Assembly (NCBI GenBank): GCA_937965695.1 | Contig: CALCKW010000006.1 | Location: 37,717-101,716, forward strand | Direction of reading: 5' to 3' | DNA: 64,000 nucleotides | Source: an uncultured Granulosicoccaceae bacterium | GTDB taxonomy: Bacteria > Pseudomonadota > Gammaproteobacteria > CALCKW01 | Shown here: in pieces, positions 19,406 to 30,571 of the stretch | How the letters are laid out: every line of letters begins with the position of its first letter | How positions within the stretch are numbered: the first letter of the stretch is position 1 | Translations under genes and position numbers: made by a program | The notes under the pieces: model-generated | What the model was told of the DNA's origin: nothing | Databases searched by the model: none | The model's input: the letters and a program-made list of their open reading frames with translations, nothing else

Positions 19406-21196
19406 ATGAGTAACTATTTCTCTGAATTTCCCAAGTACCTATGGGAACTATTAAGCCCGGCAAAAACCTGGTTACCAGAACTTCGTAACTGGGAAGTGTT
19501 GAGAGCAGACATCATTGCCGGAGTCACGGTTGCACTAGTATTAGTACCCCAAGTTATGGCTTATGCGCAATTGGCTGGGTTGCCCGCATACACCGGCCTT
19601 TACGCGGCATTTGTTGCTCCAATCATTGGTGCAATTTTTGGCTCTTCCCGCCAGTTGCACAATGGTCCAGTCGCGGTCATATCATTGATGACTGCTTCAG
19701 CTCTTGCCTCCCTCACCCTAGAACCCAGTCAATTGATCGGGTTGGCTGCACTGCTAGCACTGATGGTCGGCATTATTCAGATGGGTCTAGGCCTACTTCG
19801 TCTAGGGTTTTTAGTCGACTTTCTCTCTCACCCGGTTATTAGTGGTTTTACAAATGCAGCAGCGATTGTTATTGGGAGCCTGCAATTGGGTAAATTACTG
19901 GGAATATCACAACCCAGTGATCAACAATTCTTAATTACATTACGCGATACTTTACTCGCAATTCCGACCCAAGCCCATGGACCAACGGTTTTAATGGGCG
20001 TGGGTTCATTGGCGATGATTTTTGCATTCAAGCGCTGGGCACCCAAATACCCAGCTATCGTCATGACGGTCATTATTGCAACGTTGATTTCATGGCTATT
20101 TTCTTACCAAGCACGTGGTGGCGCTGTTGTCGGCGTCGTACCAACTGGCCTCCCAGAAATTTCAGTGCCTACTGGCTGGCATCATATATCCCAATTGTTG
20201 TTACCGGCGTTTACTATTGCGTTATTGAGTTTCGTTGAAGCTTTCTCAATTGCAAAAGCTGTTGCATCAAAAACCCGTCAGCGGATTTCAGCTGATCAAG
20301 AAATGTTCGGTAAGGGCCTCGCCAATATTGCGACAGGATTTACTCAGGGCTACCCGGTATCTGGTTCGTTTTCACGCACGGCAGTTAACTTTGACGCGGG
20401 AGCTCGAACCGGATTCGCGGCGATCATATCCGGTCTGTTAGTGGCCATCACCTTATTATTTCTCACGCCATTACTCTACTTTCTGCCACTCTCGACATTG
20501 GCTGCGGTGATCATGGCTGCGGTATTTGGTCTTATACAATTTGAGCCCTTCAAACACGCTTGGAAAGTCAACCCACATGATGGATTTGTCGCCCTGGTGA
20601 CTTTTTTGGTAACACTGTGGCTGGCGCCTCATCTTGAATATGGGATTTTTGTCGGCGTTGGATTATCTATCGCTTTCTATCTTTATCGCACTATGCAGCC
20701 ACATGTAGCGGAATTAGCTCGTGACCAAGATGATACCTTAAGAGACGCCGCGCTTTTTGGCCTTAAGACAAGTCACACCCTTGCAATGTTTCGCTATGAT
20801 GGCGATCTGTACTTTGCAAATGCTGGGTATCTTGAAAAAGTGTTACTCAATGCAGTGGCTGATAAGCCGCACTTGAGGGTATTGATTCTTGATCTTGAGG
20901 CGGTAGACCAGATAGATGCAACGGGTGAAGAAATGTTAGGCAACTTAGCAGACGGTTTATACCAAGCCAACATTGCTTTTTTCATCTGCCGACCGAAGTT
21001 TAAATTATTGGACGCAATAAAACGCTCTGGTCTGAGCACTAAAATTGGCGAAGACAATATTTTCAGTAAGCGTCGGAATGCTATTCAGACGGCAGTCGAG
21101 CGGTTCCCAGGTGTTGTCGATGTTAGCCACCTAATGAGCTATCAACCTGATAAAGATGCCAATATTGAAAACCCACCGAGTAAGCCGACTAACTAA
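19406..21196 (+). CDS. SulP-family (SLC26) anion transporter with C-terminal STAS domain
   Basis: 596 aa. About 10 to 12 TM helices followed by a STAS-like domain (…LRVLILDLEAVDQIDATGEEML…). Confidence 0.85.
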   Translation: MSNYFSEFPKYLWELLSPAKTWLPELRNWEVLRADIIAGVTVALVLVPQVMAYAQLAGLPAYTGLYAAFVAPIIGAIFGSSRQLHNGPVAVISLMTASALASLTLEPSQLIGLAALLALMVGIIQMGLGLLRLGFLVDFLSHPVISGFTNAAAIVIGSLQLGKLLGISQPSDQQFLITLRDTLLAIPTQAHGPTVLMGVGSLAMIFAFKRWAPKYPAIVMTVIIATLISWLFSYQARGGAVVGVVPTGLPEISVPTGWHHISQLLLPAFTIALLSFVEAFSIAKAVASKTRQRISADQEMFGKGLANIATGFTQGYPVSGSFSRTAVNFDAGARTGFAAIISGLLVAITLLFLTPLLYFLPLSTLAAVIMAAVFGLIQFEPFKHAWKVNPHDGFVALVTFLVTLWLAPHLEYGIFVGVGLSIAFYLYRTMQPHVAELARDQDDTLRDAALFGLKTSHTLAMFRYDGDLYFANAGYLEKVLLNAVADKPHLRVLILDLEAVDQIDATGEEMLGNLADGLYQANIAFFICRPKFKLLDAIKRSGLSTKIGEDNIFSKRRNAIQTAVERFPGVVDVSHLMSYQPDKDANIENPPSKPTN

Positions 21197-21231
21197 GACA
21201 CGCTATCGACAACACTGAAGGATCACAATCA

Positions 21232-22725
21232 ATGGCAAGCTATCAAGACGCCGCCAACTATCAGCATGAAATCAGTTTGCTAGGGAGCACATCTGCACTC
21301 CTAGGATGGGATCAAGAAACACAGATGCCCAGTGGCGCACAAGCCTATCGTGCCGAACAGCTTGGTTATCTGACCAAGCTTCAGCACAGTATGCTAATTG
21401 ATGAAAAACACAGTGAACAGCTACGATCCCTCGCGGAAGACAGTAGCTTGAGTGAGATTGAACAGGTCAATATTAAAGAGTGGCTAAAGACAACACACCG
21501 TGCAAGTGCAATTCCTTCGGAGTTGGCTGTAGAGCTGACAGAGACCAGCAGTCACGCAATGATGGCTTGGCAAGCAGCAAGAAAAGAAAATAATTTTGCT
21601 GAGTTTTCTCCTTGGTTACAAAAAACTGTTTCACTTAAACTTCGTGAGGCAGAAGCCGTCGGCTGGACGGAACACGGTGAGCCGTGGGACGCTCTCGCTG
21701 ATGAATTTGATCCGGGAATGACAGCTGAATCCGTGAGCCGAGTATTCAGCCCTTTGCGCAGTGAGCTCGTGACGTTACTCGATGAACTTCGAGGCGCACC
21801 GGTGCAGCCAGATACAAGTTTTTTAGATCAAACCCTAGCGGTAGAAAATCAAAAACCGTTGGTTCGCGAATTTCTTCAAGCACTGGGCTTTAATTTTGAT
21901 CGTGGTGTTATGGCTATCAGCACGCATCCTTTTTGCAGCGGCTTTCACCCTAACGACGTACGGATGACAACCCGCTACGATGAATCGAATTTCAGCGATG
22001 CTGTCACAAGTGCTATGCACGAGTGCGGACATGCGCTCTACGAACAAGGTCTTCCGTTAGACCAAGCCGGCACCCCCGCGGGTGCTTACAATGGACTTTC
22101 AATCCATGAAAGTCAGAGTCGACTGTGGGAAAACCAAGTGGGTCGATCCAAGGGATTTCTAGAATGGGCGCTGCCACAATATAAATCAGCAGGGCTCGCT
22201 AACACTGAACTAAACAAAGCTTACAGCGCGCTAAATATTGCCCAACCTTCACTGATACGCGTAGAAGCAGACGAGACGACTTACAACCTACACATTATGG
22301 TTCGGTTTGAGTTGGAGCGGCTAATGCTCAACGGGGAATTGGCAGTAAAAGACTTACCGGATGCTTGGAATCAGCAGTATCGAGACTACCTTGGTGTCAC
22401 ACCACCGGACGACGCCTCAGGCTGTCTGCAAGACGTGCACTGGAGTATGGGTGCGATGGGTTATTTCCCAACCTACACACTGGGTAACCTTTATTCTGCT
22501 CAGTTCTACGCCTCGGCGAAAAAATCTATCGGAGATCTGGAAAGTCAGTATGCTGCTGGAGACTTTAAACCACTCCTACAATGGTTGCGAGATAACATAC
22601 ACAGCAAAGGCAGACAGCTAAGCCCCGCGGATTTGTGTAAACAAGTTACCGGCGAAGAATTATCCGCCGATTATCTCTTGGATTACTTGCGCAACAAGCT
22701 TCGACCGGTCTACGGCTTAGCTTAA
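21232..22725 (+). CDS. M32 carboxypeptidase (thermostable carboxypeptidase Taq-like)
   Basis: 497 aa. HEXXH zinc motif (HECGHALYEQG) plus the family-typical IRVEADETTYNLHI and DVHWSMGAMGYFPTYTLG segments. Confidence 0.8.
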   Translation: MASYQDAANYQHEISLLGSTSALLGWDQETQMPSGAQAYRAEQLGYLTKLQHSMLIDEKHSEQLRSLAEDSSLSEIEQVNIKEWLKTTHRASAIPSELAVELTETSSHAMMAWQAARKENNFAEFSPWLQKTVSLKLREAEAVGWTEHGEPWDALADEFDPGMTAESVSRVFSPLRSELVTLLDELRGAPVQPDTSFLDQTLAVENQKPLVREFLQALGFNFDRGVMAISTHPFCSGFHPNDVRMTTRYDESNFSDAVTSAMHECGHALYEQGLPLDQAGTPAGAYNGLSIHESQSRLWENQVGRSKGFLEWALPQYKSAGLANTELNKAYSALNIAQPSLIRVEADETTYNLHIMVRFELERLMLNGELAVKDLPDAWNQQYRDYLGVTPPDDASGCLQDVHWSMGAMGYFPTYTLGNLYSAQFYASAKKSIGDLESQYAAGDFKPLLQWLRDNIHSKGRQLSPADLCKQVTGEELSADYLLDYLRNKLRPVYGLA

Positions 22726-23876
22726 TCTTTAGATTGAGCCGAGGATATCTCAGCCAATATTTCATCGGTGTGCTCCCCCAAACTGGGAGACGCTCGATCT
22801 AACGCCAACCGCGATTCTGAAAAAACCAAAGGTGTGCGTACACCGGGCATACCTTCTGGTTCGATCTGTAACCCGCGTGCTTGCACATGCGGATCTGCAA
22901 AAACTTCTTCCACCGTATTGATTGATCCGCATGGAACACCGACTTCTTCCAAGGCAGATAATAAAGAATGTTTATCCCATGTAGCGATTTTGCTTGCCAG
23001 TAGTGCAACGAGTACATCTCGATGCTGCACTCGCCCAGCATTGCGGATAAATCGCTCATCAGTCGACAGTGCAGAAACACCTAAGACAGCACACAGGCGC
23101 TGATACTGACCGTCATTTGCGCCAGCAACGATGATATGACTGTCCGATGTTGCGAAAACTTGGTATGGAACAATAGTCGGATGTGCATTGCCCATCCGTG
23201 TGGGGTTCAATCCACCGATAATATGGTTTGTGGCTTGATTGGCCATCACACCAACCATACTGTCCAGCAAAGAGAGATCGATTTGCTGGCCGTTCCCACT
23301 GCGCTCTCGTTCAGTGAGCGCTGCTTGAATACCGATGACACCGTAAAGCCCGGTGAAGATATCAGCAAATGCAACGCCCATTTTTTGAGGCTCGCCCTCG
23401 GCAGCACCGGTCACCGACATGGCGCCACCCATACCTTGCACCAAAAAATCATAGCCGGGCTTAGCCGCATACGGTCCGGTCTGCCCAAAGCCTGTCACCG
23501 AGCAATAAATCAATCGGGGGTTTACCTCGGCCAAACTGGCGTAGTCAAGTCCGTACTTTTTCAACCCACCGAGTTTAAAATTCTCGATCAAGACATCCGC
23601 ATTGCGAATCAAATCCAGCACGACCCGCTGGCCTTCTTCACTGCGAAAATCGGCAACGATAGAACGCTTGCCACGGTTGCAACAATGAAAATAAGCGGCA
23701 GACTCCTCACCCTTGTGTTTAACAAAAGGTGGGCCCCATTGGCGTGTATCGTCACCTTGCGGACTCTCGACTTTGATGACATCCGCGCCGAGATCAGCCA
23801 GCGTTTGGCCTATCCAAGGACCCGCTAAAATACGCGCCAATTCAATAACACGCAAACCCTGCAATGGCGATGTCAT
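22722..23876 (-). CDS. Family-III CoA-transferase (CaiB/BaiF); glutarate/glutaconate-type CoA transferase by context (GcdG-like)
   Basis: N-terminal LQGLRVIELARILAGPWIGQTLADLGADVIKVE is the CaiB/BaiF signature. Lies immediately downstream of gcdH, as in Pseudomonas. Confidence 0.75.
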   Translation of the reverse strand: MTSPLQGLRVIELARILAGPWIGQTLADLGADVIKVESPQGDDTRQWGPPFVKHKGEESAAYFHCCNRGKRSIVADFRSEEGQRVVLDLIRNADVLIENFKLGGLKKYGLDYASLAEVNPRLIYCSVTGFGQTGPYAAKPGYDFLVQGMGGAMSVTGAAEGEPQKMGVAFADIFTGLYGVIGIQAALTERERSGNGQQIDLSLLDSMVGVMANQATNHIIGGLNPTRMGNAHPTIVPYQVFATSDSHIIVAGANDGQYQRLCAVLGVSALSTDERFIRNAGRVQHRDVLVALLASKIATWDKHSLLSALEEVGVPCGSINTVEEVFADPHVQARGLQIEPEGMPGVRTPLVFSESRLALDRASPSLGEHTDEILAEISSAQSKD

Positions 23877-25093
23877 CAGAAGAAAGCTTGAAGGCTAGTC
23901 TGCGCCCTGCCAAGAATCAACGCATGCACATCGTGCGCGCCTTCATAAGTGTTAACCGTTTCAAGGTTAACCATATGGCGCATCACCTGGTACTCCTCAG
24001 AGATGCCGTTGCCGCCGTGCATATCACGCGCCATGCGAGCGATATCCAACGCTTTGCCACAGTTATTGCGTTTGATCAGCGAAATCATCTCTGGTGCAGC
24101 TTCGGCGCCATCCATCAACCGCCCGACTTGCAGACAGGCTTGCAGTCCGAGTGTTAGCTCAGTTTGCATATCAGCAAGTTTTTTCTGGAACAACTGAGTT
24201 TGCGCGAGAGGACGGTTGAACTGGTGTCGATCCAAACCGTACTGACGTGCCGCGTGCCAGCAAAATTCCCCAGAACCAATAACACCCCAAGCAATGCCAT
24301 AACGGGCACGATTGAGACAACCAAAAGGCCCACGCAGCCCCTCTACATGAGGCAACAAATGCTCTTCACTGACTTCAACCTTGTCCAGAACAATTTCACC
24401 CGTCACAGAAGCACGCAAACTAAGCTTCCCGTCGATTTTTGGTGCAGACAGGCCAGCCATTCCTTTTTCTAAAACAAAGCCCTTAATTTTTCCGCCGTGC
24501 GCTTCCGACTTGGCCCAAACGACAAAGACGTCGGCAATCGGGCTGTTGCTGATCCACATTTTGCTGCCAATCAACCGGTAGCCACCATCGATTTTTTCAG
24601 CACGCGTTTTCATGCTACCAGGATCGGAACCCGCATCTGGCTCAGTCAAACCAAAGCAACCAATCCACTCACCGCTCGCCAACTTGGGCAAGTACTTCAT
24701 CCGTTGTTCTTCGGAGCCGTAGGCGTAAATGGGGTACATGACCAATGAGCTCTGCACCGACATCATAGATCGGTAGCCAGAGTCTACGCGTTCAACTTCA
24801 CGCGCCACTAATCCGTAGCTGACATAACTGGCGCCTACACCACCGTACTGCTCCGGCAGTGTCGTTCCCAGCAAACCCATCTCACCCATTTCTGCAAAGA
24901 TCGCAGGGTCTGTCTTCTCTTGACTAAAAGCTTCTATGACACGGGGCTGCAAACGATCTTGAGCATAACTGCGCGCCGAATCTCGTATCATGCGCTCATC
25001 AGACGTAAGCTGACCGTCAAAATTCAGAGGGTCCTCCCAGTTAAAACTGCCAAGGCTAGCTGCATCTTTGTCTCTGAGATCCGGTTTTGTCAT
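23876..25093 (-). CDS. gcdH: Glutaryl-CoA dehydrogenase
   Basis: Acyl-CoA dehydrogenase fold with a GcdH-like N-terminus ([25 protein letters not shown]). I trimmed the start to MTKPD at 25093, which has AGGAA upstream. The ORF track extends to 25204. Confidence 0.8.
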   Translation of the reverse strand: MTKPDLRDKDAASLGSFNWEDPLNFDGQLTSDERMIRDSARSYAQDRLQPRVIEAFSQEKTDPAIFAEMGEMGLLGTTLPEQYGGVGASYVSYGLVAREVERVDSGYRSMMSVQSSLVMYPIYAYGSEEQRMKYLPKLASGEWIGCFGLTEPDAGSDPGSMKTRAEKIDGGYRLIGSKMWISNSPIADVFVVWAKSEAHGGKIKGFVLEKGMAGLSAPKIDGKLSLRASVTGEIVLDKVEVSEEHLLPHVEGLRGPFGCLNRARYGIAWGVIGSGEFCWHAARQYGLDRHQFNRPLAQTQLFQKKLADMQTELTLGLQACLQVGRLMDGAEAAPEMISLIKRNNCGKALDIARMARDMHGGNGISEEYQVMRHMVNLETVNTYEGAHDVHALILGRAQTSLQAFF

Positions 25094-25229
25094 GTCTGTT
25101 CCTAGGTCTTGGACAGCACTGAAGGCTGACGTAGTATGATTAAAACTCAATTTCAGTTGAAACTTTAACCCACTTTTTAGCCACCAGCTGGGATAATAGC
25201 TCAACTGCCTATGACCTAATGGAATAGCT

Positions 25230-26168
25230 ATGCAATTCCCAACACGCTATTTACCGTCCACTCGAGCTTTGCTAGCCTTTGAAGCGGTTGCACGGCTTAG
25301 CAGTTTTTCATTGGCCGCAGCCGAACTCAACCTCAGTCAGAGTGCCGTTAGTAAGCAGCTCAAACATTTGGAACAGCAATTGGGCGTCATGCTGCTCACC
25401 CGTGACCACCACCACGTTGGCCTAACAGCAGCTGGTGCACGCTATGCTCCTGAAATCAGAGAATCCTTAGCGCAAATCGCGCACGCTTCTCTGGCCGTCA
25501 GTACAAACCCTCATGGTGGTACCCTTGGACTAGCTATATTGCCCACTTTCGGCACTCGCTGGTTGGCGCCACGTTTACCCTTATTTTTGAGCGAATATCC
25601 TGGCATTACCGTCAACCTAGTCACACACTTAAAGCCCTTTGATTTCCGACTCGAAAGACTAGACGCAGCAATCCTTGTGGGCGACGGGCATTGGCCAGGC
25701 ACCCAATCGATGTTTCTGATGAATGAGACGGTTATTCCCGCCTGTGCACCCGCTCTAAAAAAGCAGCATAAATTTGAAAACGTCGACCAGCTTCACAACA
25801 CGAGACTACTGCACATGGCGACTAGAGCGCAGGCATGGACACGTTGGATGCGAGCGTATGACGGTGCGACGGAAGAGCGTCAAGGCATGGTCTTTGATCA
25901 ATTCGCCACCGTTGCGCAAGCGGCAATCTCAGGCTTGGGTGTCGCATTGTTGCCTCCTTTTTTAATTCAACGAGAGCTTGACGAAGGATCTTTAGTTGCG
26001 GCCCTTCCCTTGCCGCTTAAAAGTATAGAGTCCTATTATTTGGTTTGGCCAGAGTACAGGCAAGAGTTCCCTCCACTTGTAGCGTTTAAAGATTGGCTGC
26101 AGCAATCCGTTCAGCAATTTGAAAACCGATCAGCCTCAGAAACAACTCCGCAGAGTAAAGAATTGTGA
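25230..26168 (+). CDS. LysR-family transcriptional regulator, GcdR-like (divergent from gcdH)
   Basis: 312 aa. N-terminal HTH ([35 protein letters not shown]) with a LysR substrate-binding domain. Confidence 0.7.
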   Translation: MQFPTRYLPSTRALLAFEAVARLSSFSLAAAELNLSQSAVSKQLKHLEQQLGVMLLTRDHHHVGLTAAGARYAPEIRESLAQIAHASLAVSTNPHGGTLGLAILPTFGTRWLAPRLPLFLSEYPGITVNLVTHLKPFDFRLERLDAAILVGDGHWPGTQSMFLMNETVIPACAPALKKQHKFENVDQLHNTRLLHMATRAQAWTRWMRAYDGATEERQGMVFDQFATVAQAAISGLGVALLPPFLIQRELDEGSLVAALPLPLKSIESYYLVWPEYRQEFPPLVAFKDWLQQSVQQFENRSASETTPQSKEL

Positions 26169-27583
26169 CAACACTCCCCACTCAGCTACAACATGATTTG
26201 CAAGCTCTCGCAGGTGAAGGTGGATATCGCGATGCCACTGAAAGAGATGTCACAGAAATGCGGGGCCGTTACCGCGGCGGCAGTACATTGGTATTACGCC
26301 CGAAAACCACAGAGATTGCTGCCGCGATAGTGAGCCGTTGCGCTGAAGCTCAACTGCCAATCATCCCTATCGGTGGGGCTACTGGGCTAGTGGCAGGGCA
26401 TATCGCGAGTGAGAATCAAACTGGCGTGCTTTTATCCACCGAACGTCTGGTCAATATCCGCGAGATAAATTCAACAGATCGTCAGTTGGTCGCGGAAGCG
26501 GGTGTGATCCTCGCGAACGTACAGGCAGCCGCCACAGCAAAGGATTTACTGTTTCCACTCAGCCTAGCTGCTGAGGGCAGTTGTACTATTGGTGGCAACC
26601 TATCTACTAACGCCGGCGGTGTACAAGTACTCCGCTACGGTAATACACGCGATCTCGTGCTCGGTGTGGAAGCCATAATGCCAAACGGTGAAATACTCAA
26701 CGGCTTGTCACCTTTGCGAAAGAATAACACCGGCTATGACATTAAAAACTTACTCATAGGCGCTGAGGGTACACTGGGCCTAATAACAGCGGCATCTCTT
26801 AAGCTGTACCCGTCGATAAAAGACAGCTGCACAGCATTGTGCCCCGTCGCTTCGCCAGCAGCCGCACTTGCACTTCTTAGCCAACTACAGCATGAACTAG
26901 GAGAGTTCATCAGCGCTTTCGAGCTAATTTCTGGCCAAGGTTTGCATTTTTTGCGAGAGCACTTTCCACAACTGCCACAAGCTATTTCACCTCCGCCTGA
27001 ATGGTCAGTAGTCTTGGAGCTAGGAAGTAGTGCAGAAAACGAATTAAAAAAATTAGCAGAAAGCGCACTTACGAAGGCAATTCAAAAGGACCTGATTCTC
27101 GATGCGGTCATCAGCCAAAGTGAAACACAGCGCCAACAAATCTGGAGTCTGCGTGAACATATTCCGCTGGCGAATAAAAAAGTTGGCGCAATCGTCAGTT
27201 TCGATATCAGTCTTCCGCTTAGCAAACTGGCACTCTTCATAAAAACAGCTGTGCCCAAAGTACAAGATTTTGATGGCAATCTTCGTATTAACTGCTTCGG
27301 TCATGTGGGCGATGGCAATCTGCATTTTAACGTATTTCCACCGATCGATAAGTTAGCGTGTAACTACCGTTCGCAACAAACGGAAATCAGATCGGCTGTT
27401 TATGATCTAGTACAGAAGATGGGGGGATCTTTCAGCGCAGAGCACGGAGTTGGCAGAGATAAAGTTTCAGAGCTTTTACAGTATGGAGACCCAACAAAGC
27501 TAGAGGTCATGGCTTCAATTAAAAAAGCATTGGATCCGAATGGAATTTTTAATCCCGGTGCAGTGATTGATCCGCGAAAATAA
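26165..27583 (+). CDS. FAD-linked oxidase (GlcD / D-lactate / D-2-hydroxyacid dehydrogenase family)
   Basis: 472 aa. PCMH-type FAD-binding N-terminal domain (LVLRPKTTEIAAAIVSRCAEAQLPIIPIGGATGLVAGHIA) with a C-terminal FAD-oxidase domain. GTG start overlaps the LysR stop (GTGA). Confidence 0.75.
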   Translation: MTTLPTQLQHDLQALAGEGGYRDATERDVTEMRGRYRGGSTLVLRPKTTEIAAAIVSRCAEAQLPIIPIGGATGLVAGHIASENQTGVLLSTERLVNIREINSTDRQLVAEAGVILANVQAAATAKDLLFPLSLAAEGSCTIGGNLSTNAGGVQVLRYGNTRDLVLGVEAIMPNGEILNGLSPLRKNNTGYDIKNLLIGAEGTLGLITAASLKLYPSIKDSCTALCPVASPAAALALLSQLQHELGEFISAFELISGQGLHFLREHFPQLPQAISPPPEWSVVLELGSSAENELKKLAESALTKAIQKDLILDAVISQSETQRQQIWSLREHIPLANKKVGAIVSFDISLPLSKLALFIKTAVPKVQDFDGNLRINCFGHVGDGNLHFNVFPPIDKLACNYRSQQTEIRSAVYDLVQKMGGSFSAEHGVGRDKVSELLQYGDPTKLEVMASIKKALDPNGIFNPGAVIDPRK

Positions 27584-27589
27584 AAAAAA

Positions 27590-28609
27590 TTACTCCGGAC
27601 TTGCCTTTTCTTCACCCGAAGAAATACTCATGCCCGCAGCGCGTCTGCGCTCATCACGAGGCGGCAAACCATAGACGTCGCGATAGCATTTGGAAAAATG
27701 AGGCGCTGAAATAAAACCGCAGGCCAAAGCAATATCAACAACGGGCATACTGGTTTGGAGAAGCAATTGCCTCGCCCGCTCAAGTCTAAGCTCTAAATAA
27801 TAACGAGTGGGGACACAGCCTAGGTATTTTTTAAAAAGCCTTTCCAATTGCCGGCGTGATAAACCAATATGATGAGCCAGTTCGCTAAGCGTCATTGGTT
27901 CTTCGATATTGGCCTCCATCAAAGAGACGGCTTCTGTCAGTCGGGGTTGCGAATTGCCAATACGATGTTTCAACGGCATGCGTTGACGGTCTTGATTTTC
28001 ACGCACCCGATCACAGATGAGCAAGTCAGAAACGCTGTTTGCAATTGTAGCGCCCTGCTGCTCGCGCACCAGGTGCAACATCATATCAAGGGGTGCTACC
28101 CCACCTGCACATGTGTGGCGGTCTCGGTCAATTTCGTATATGGATGAGGACAAAACCAGCGCGGGAAATTCTTCTCTCACACTAGCCATGTTTTCCCAAT
28201 GGATAGTGCATCTGTAGCCGTTCAATAACCCTGCCCGCGCTAGCAGATAAGAGCCCGTGCAAATTCCTCCAAGCACTAATTTTCGTTCAGCCATTTTGCG
28301 CAGCCAACCGAGGGTAAAATTATTCGCTGATCGTTGAACCCCTTCGCCGCCACAAACATAAAGGACATCCAGTGCTGGAACAGTCGCGGTACTGCAGTCG
28401 ACAGCGAGCTCAACACCCGCGCTAGAACTGACTGCTGTGCCATCAGACGAAATCAGGTGCCACTCGTAAAGTGTCGAAGCTGCGGTGCGGTTGGCGGCAC
28501 GCAAGGTATCGAGAGCCACCGACAATGACATGAACGTGAAATCCGGCACCAGAAAGAAGCCTACACGTAAGATCGGCTGCGCCGAAGGGTCATTCACATT
28601 CAAAGCCAT
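27590..28609 (-). CDS. AraC-family regulator with N-terminal DJ-1/PfpI (class-I glutamine amidotransferase-like) domain, GlxA/GbdR/CdhR type
   Basis: RVGFFLVPDF…ICTGSYLLARAGLLNGYRCTIHWEN is the DJ-1/PfpI-like part. The C-terminal AraC HTH is LSELAHHIGLSRRQLERLFKKYLG. Start set at MALNV. Confidence 0.75.
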   Translation of the reverse strand: MALNVNDPSAQPILRVGFFLVPDFTFMSLSVALDTLRAANRTAASTLYEWHLISSDGTAVSSSAGVELAVDCSTATVPALDVLYVCGGEGVQRSANNFTLGWLRKMAERKLVLGGICTGSYLLARAGLLNGYRCTIHWENMASVREEFPALVLSSSIYEIDRDRHTCAGGVAPLDMMLHLVREQQGATIANSVSDLLICDRVRENQDRQRMPLKHRIGNSQPRLTEAVSLMEANIEEPMTLSELAHHIGLSRRQLERLFKKYLGCVPTRYYLELRLERARQLLLQTSMPVVDIALACGFISAPHFSKCYRDVYGLPPRDERRRAAGMSISSGEEKASPE

Positions 28610-28780
28610 TCTCCAGAGCACCTGATGGTTATTAACAGATACCCAACCTTATTTAGCCAACACTTTTAAGTAAGAGGAGCCGAAAAAAGCCCTTCCCATT
28701 GTGACCTTACTGCTAGCGGGATTAGGCAGCATTGTTAGGCTTTTGGCAAGCATTGGTTTAATTATTTCACTCGCCGTCTG

Positions 28781-30337
28781 TCAATAATTTGCATCCGGAA
28801 AACTTGCCTTACGTTCAGCGATAAAAGCTAACAAAGCTTCGTCAACGGCAGGGTCTAATTCTGGGGCTTGGTAGTCAGCTAACATTTGTTTCCAACGGGT
28901 ATTAGCTCGTTGCATCGCATCTTGCGAACCCTCAGATTGCCATTGCTCAAAGCTGTTGTTGTCGGCAACCTTGGAAATGTAAAATGCGTCTTGGAAATTC
29001 TCTTGGGTATGCGCGCATCCAAGGTAGTGGTTCCCAGGCCCAACCTCTTGGTGCGCTGACATTGCCAACCCCTTTTCTGAGAGATCCACCCCGCCCAGAA
29101 ATTTTCCTATCATGCCAGCCTGATCTGCATCCATCACGAATTTTTCGTAGCCCATGACCAATCCGCCTTCCAGCCAACCCGCCGTGTGCAACATGAAATT
29201 CACGCCGGAAAGCATCGCAGTTTGCAACGTATTGGCAGCTTCGTACCCTGCTTGAGCATCAGCAATTTTAGAGGCATTTAGCCCCCCACCGGAGCGGAAT
29301 GGTACACCTAGGCGACGAGCAAGCGAGGCGCAAATGTACATCACTTGGCTTGGCTCAGGCACACCAAAAGTTGGGGCGCCTGACTGCATCGATACAGCAC
29401 TGGCAAAAGTACCAAAGACGACGGGTGAGCCTGCACGAACCAACTGGCAAAAAGCCATGCCAGCCAGCGCTTCAGCCAGAATTTGCGATGAAGTTCCAGC
29501 GACTGTCACCGGAGACATCGCGCCCGCTAATATAAACGGAGAAACAACGCATGCTTGGTTGTTCTCGGCGTAGACCTTAGCAGCACCCAACATGGTGTCG
29601 TCGAAAACCATTGGGGAGTTTGCATTGATTAGATTGATGACGACCGTGCGCTCGACACCCGTCTCGGGGTCCAAATAATTGTCGCCAAACAGTATTTTGG
29701 CCATATCAACCGTGTCTTGCGCCCGCTCGGCCGCTGTGACAGAGCCCATGAAGCACTTATCCGAGTACTTCATGTGGCTATAGACCATATCAAAATGACG
29801 CTTATTGACCGGCAGATCTACAGGCTCACAAACAGTGCCACCAGAGTGATGAATTGACGGGGACAAATAGGCCAATTTGACGAAGTTTTGGAAGTCTTCA
29901 ATAGTGCCATAGCGGCGCCCCCCGTCCATGTCGTAGACAAACGGAGGGCCATAGGCCGGCACTAAAACTACGGCATCACCGCCAATCTGTACGTTTTTGG
30001 CAGGATTTCGCGCATGCTGCGTGAATACACTCGGTGCATTGTCTTGGATGATTTTACGGCACATGCCGCGTGGAAAGCGTACACGCTCACCTTGCACGTC
30101 TGCACCAGCAGCTTTAAACAGCTCTAGTGCCAACGGGTAATCGCGGAATTCAATGCCTATCTCTTCCAGCAGCGTATCAGCGGTCTCTTCTATGGTCTTT
30201 AGGCCAGCTTCATTCAATACCTCATAACAAGGTACTTTTCTTGTGATGTAGGGAGCGGCAGGTGCAACATTGGCCTGACGAGCGCGTCGGTCGGCGCGGC
30301 CACCTGCGCGGCGTCGTTTTGGTGCTGGATCTGTCAT
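28781..30337 (-). CDS. MttB-superfamily methyltransferase (non-pyrrolysine trimethylamine/quaternary-amine methyltransferase homolog)
   Basis: 518 aa. After an Arg-rich N-terminal extension, the segment EVLNEAGLKTIEETADTLLEEIGIEFRD matches the characteristic MttB-family N-terminus of the TIM-barrel methyltransferases. No in-frame stop codon that would indicate pyrrolysine. Confidence 0.7.
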   Translation of the reverse strand: MTDPAPKRRRAGGRADRRARQANVAPAAPYITRKVPCYEVLNEAGLKTIEETADTLLEEIGIEFRDYPLALELFKAAGADVQGERVRFPRGMCRKIIQDNAPSVFTQHARNPAKNVQIGGDAVVLVPAYGPPFVYDMDGGRRYGTIEDFQNFVKLAYLSPSIHHSGGTVCEPVDLPVNKRHFDMVYSHMKYSDKCFMGSVTAAERAQDTVDMAKILFGDNYLDPETGVERTVVINLINANSPMVFDDTMLGAAKVYAENNQACVVSPFILAGAMSPVTVAGTSSQILAEALAGMAFCQLVRAGSPVVFGTFASAVSMQSGAPTFGVPEPSQVMYICASLARRLGVPFRSGGGLNASKIADAQAGYEAANTLQTAMLSGVNFMLHTAGWLEGGLVMGYEKFVMDADQAGMIGKFLGGVDLSEKGLAMSAHQEVGPGNHYLGCAHTQENFQDAFYISKVADNNSFEQWQSEGSQDAMQRANTRWKQMLADYQAPELDPAVDEALLAFIAERKASFPDANY

Positions 30338-30571
30338 GGGTGCCTCTGCCTTCTATTTATTATTTATCACTTTCGTCTTTCGCGGGGTATCTACCCACTG
30401 CCCAAATTCGAGAACGGACTGAAAAAATTAAGCGTAGACTATTCTTTCAAACAGCTTAGCGTTGCGCCGATCATCGTCTTCGGATTACCCTTGGCAGTAT
30501 GCGCAGCCACGACAGCAAACTGTTAGCTCTGAGCGACTGCCCTCTACCGCTATCCGACTTGAGCCCATTCG

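Noticed and set aside
23136-23828. 230-aa ORF on the + strand
   Set aside because: Fully antisense to the well-supported CaiB-family CoA-transferase gene. A typical shadow ORF in GC-rich coding DNA.
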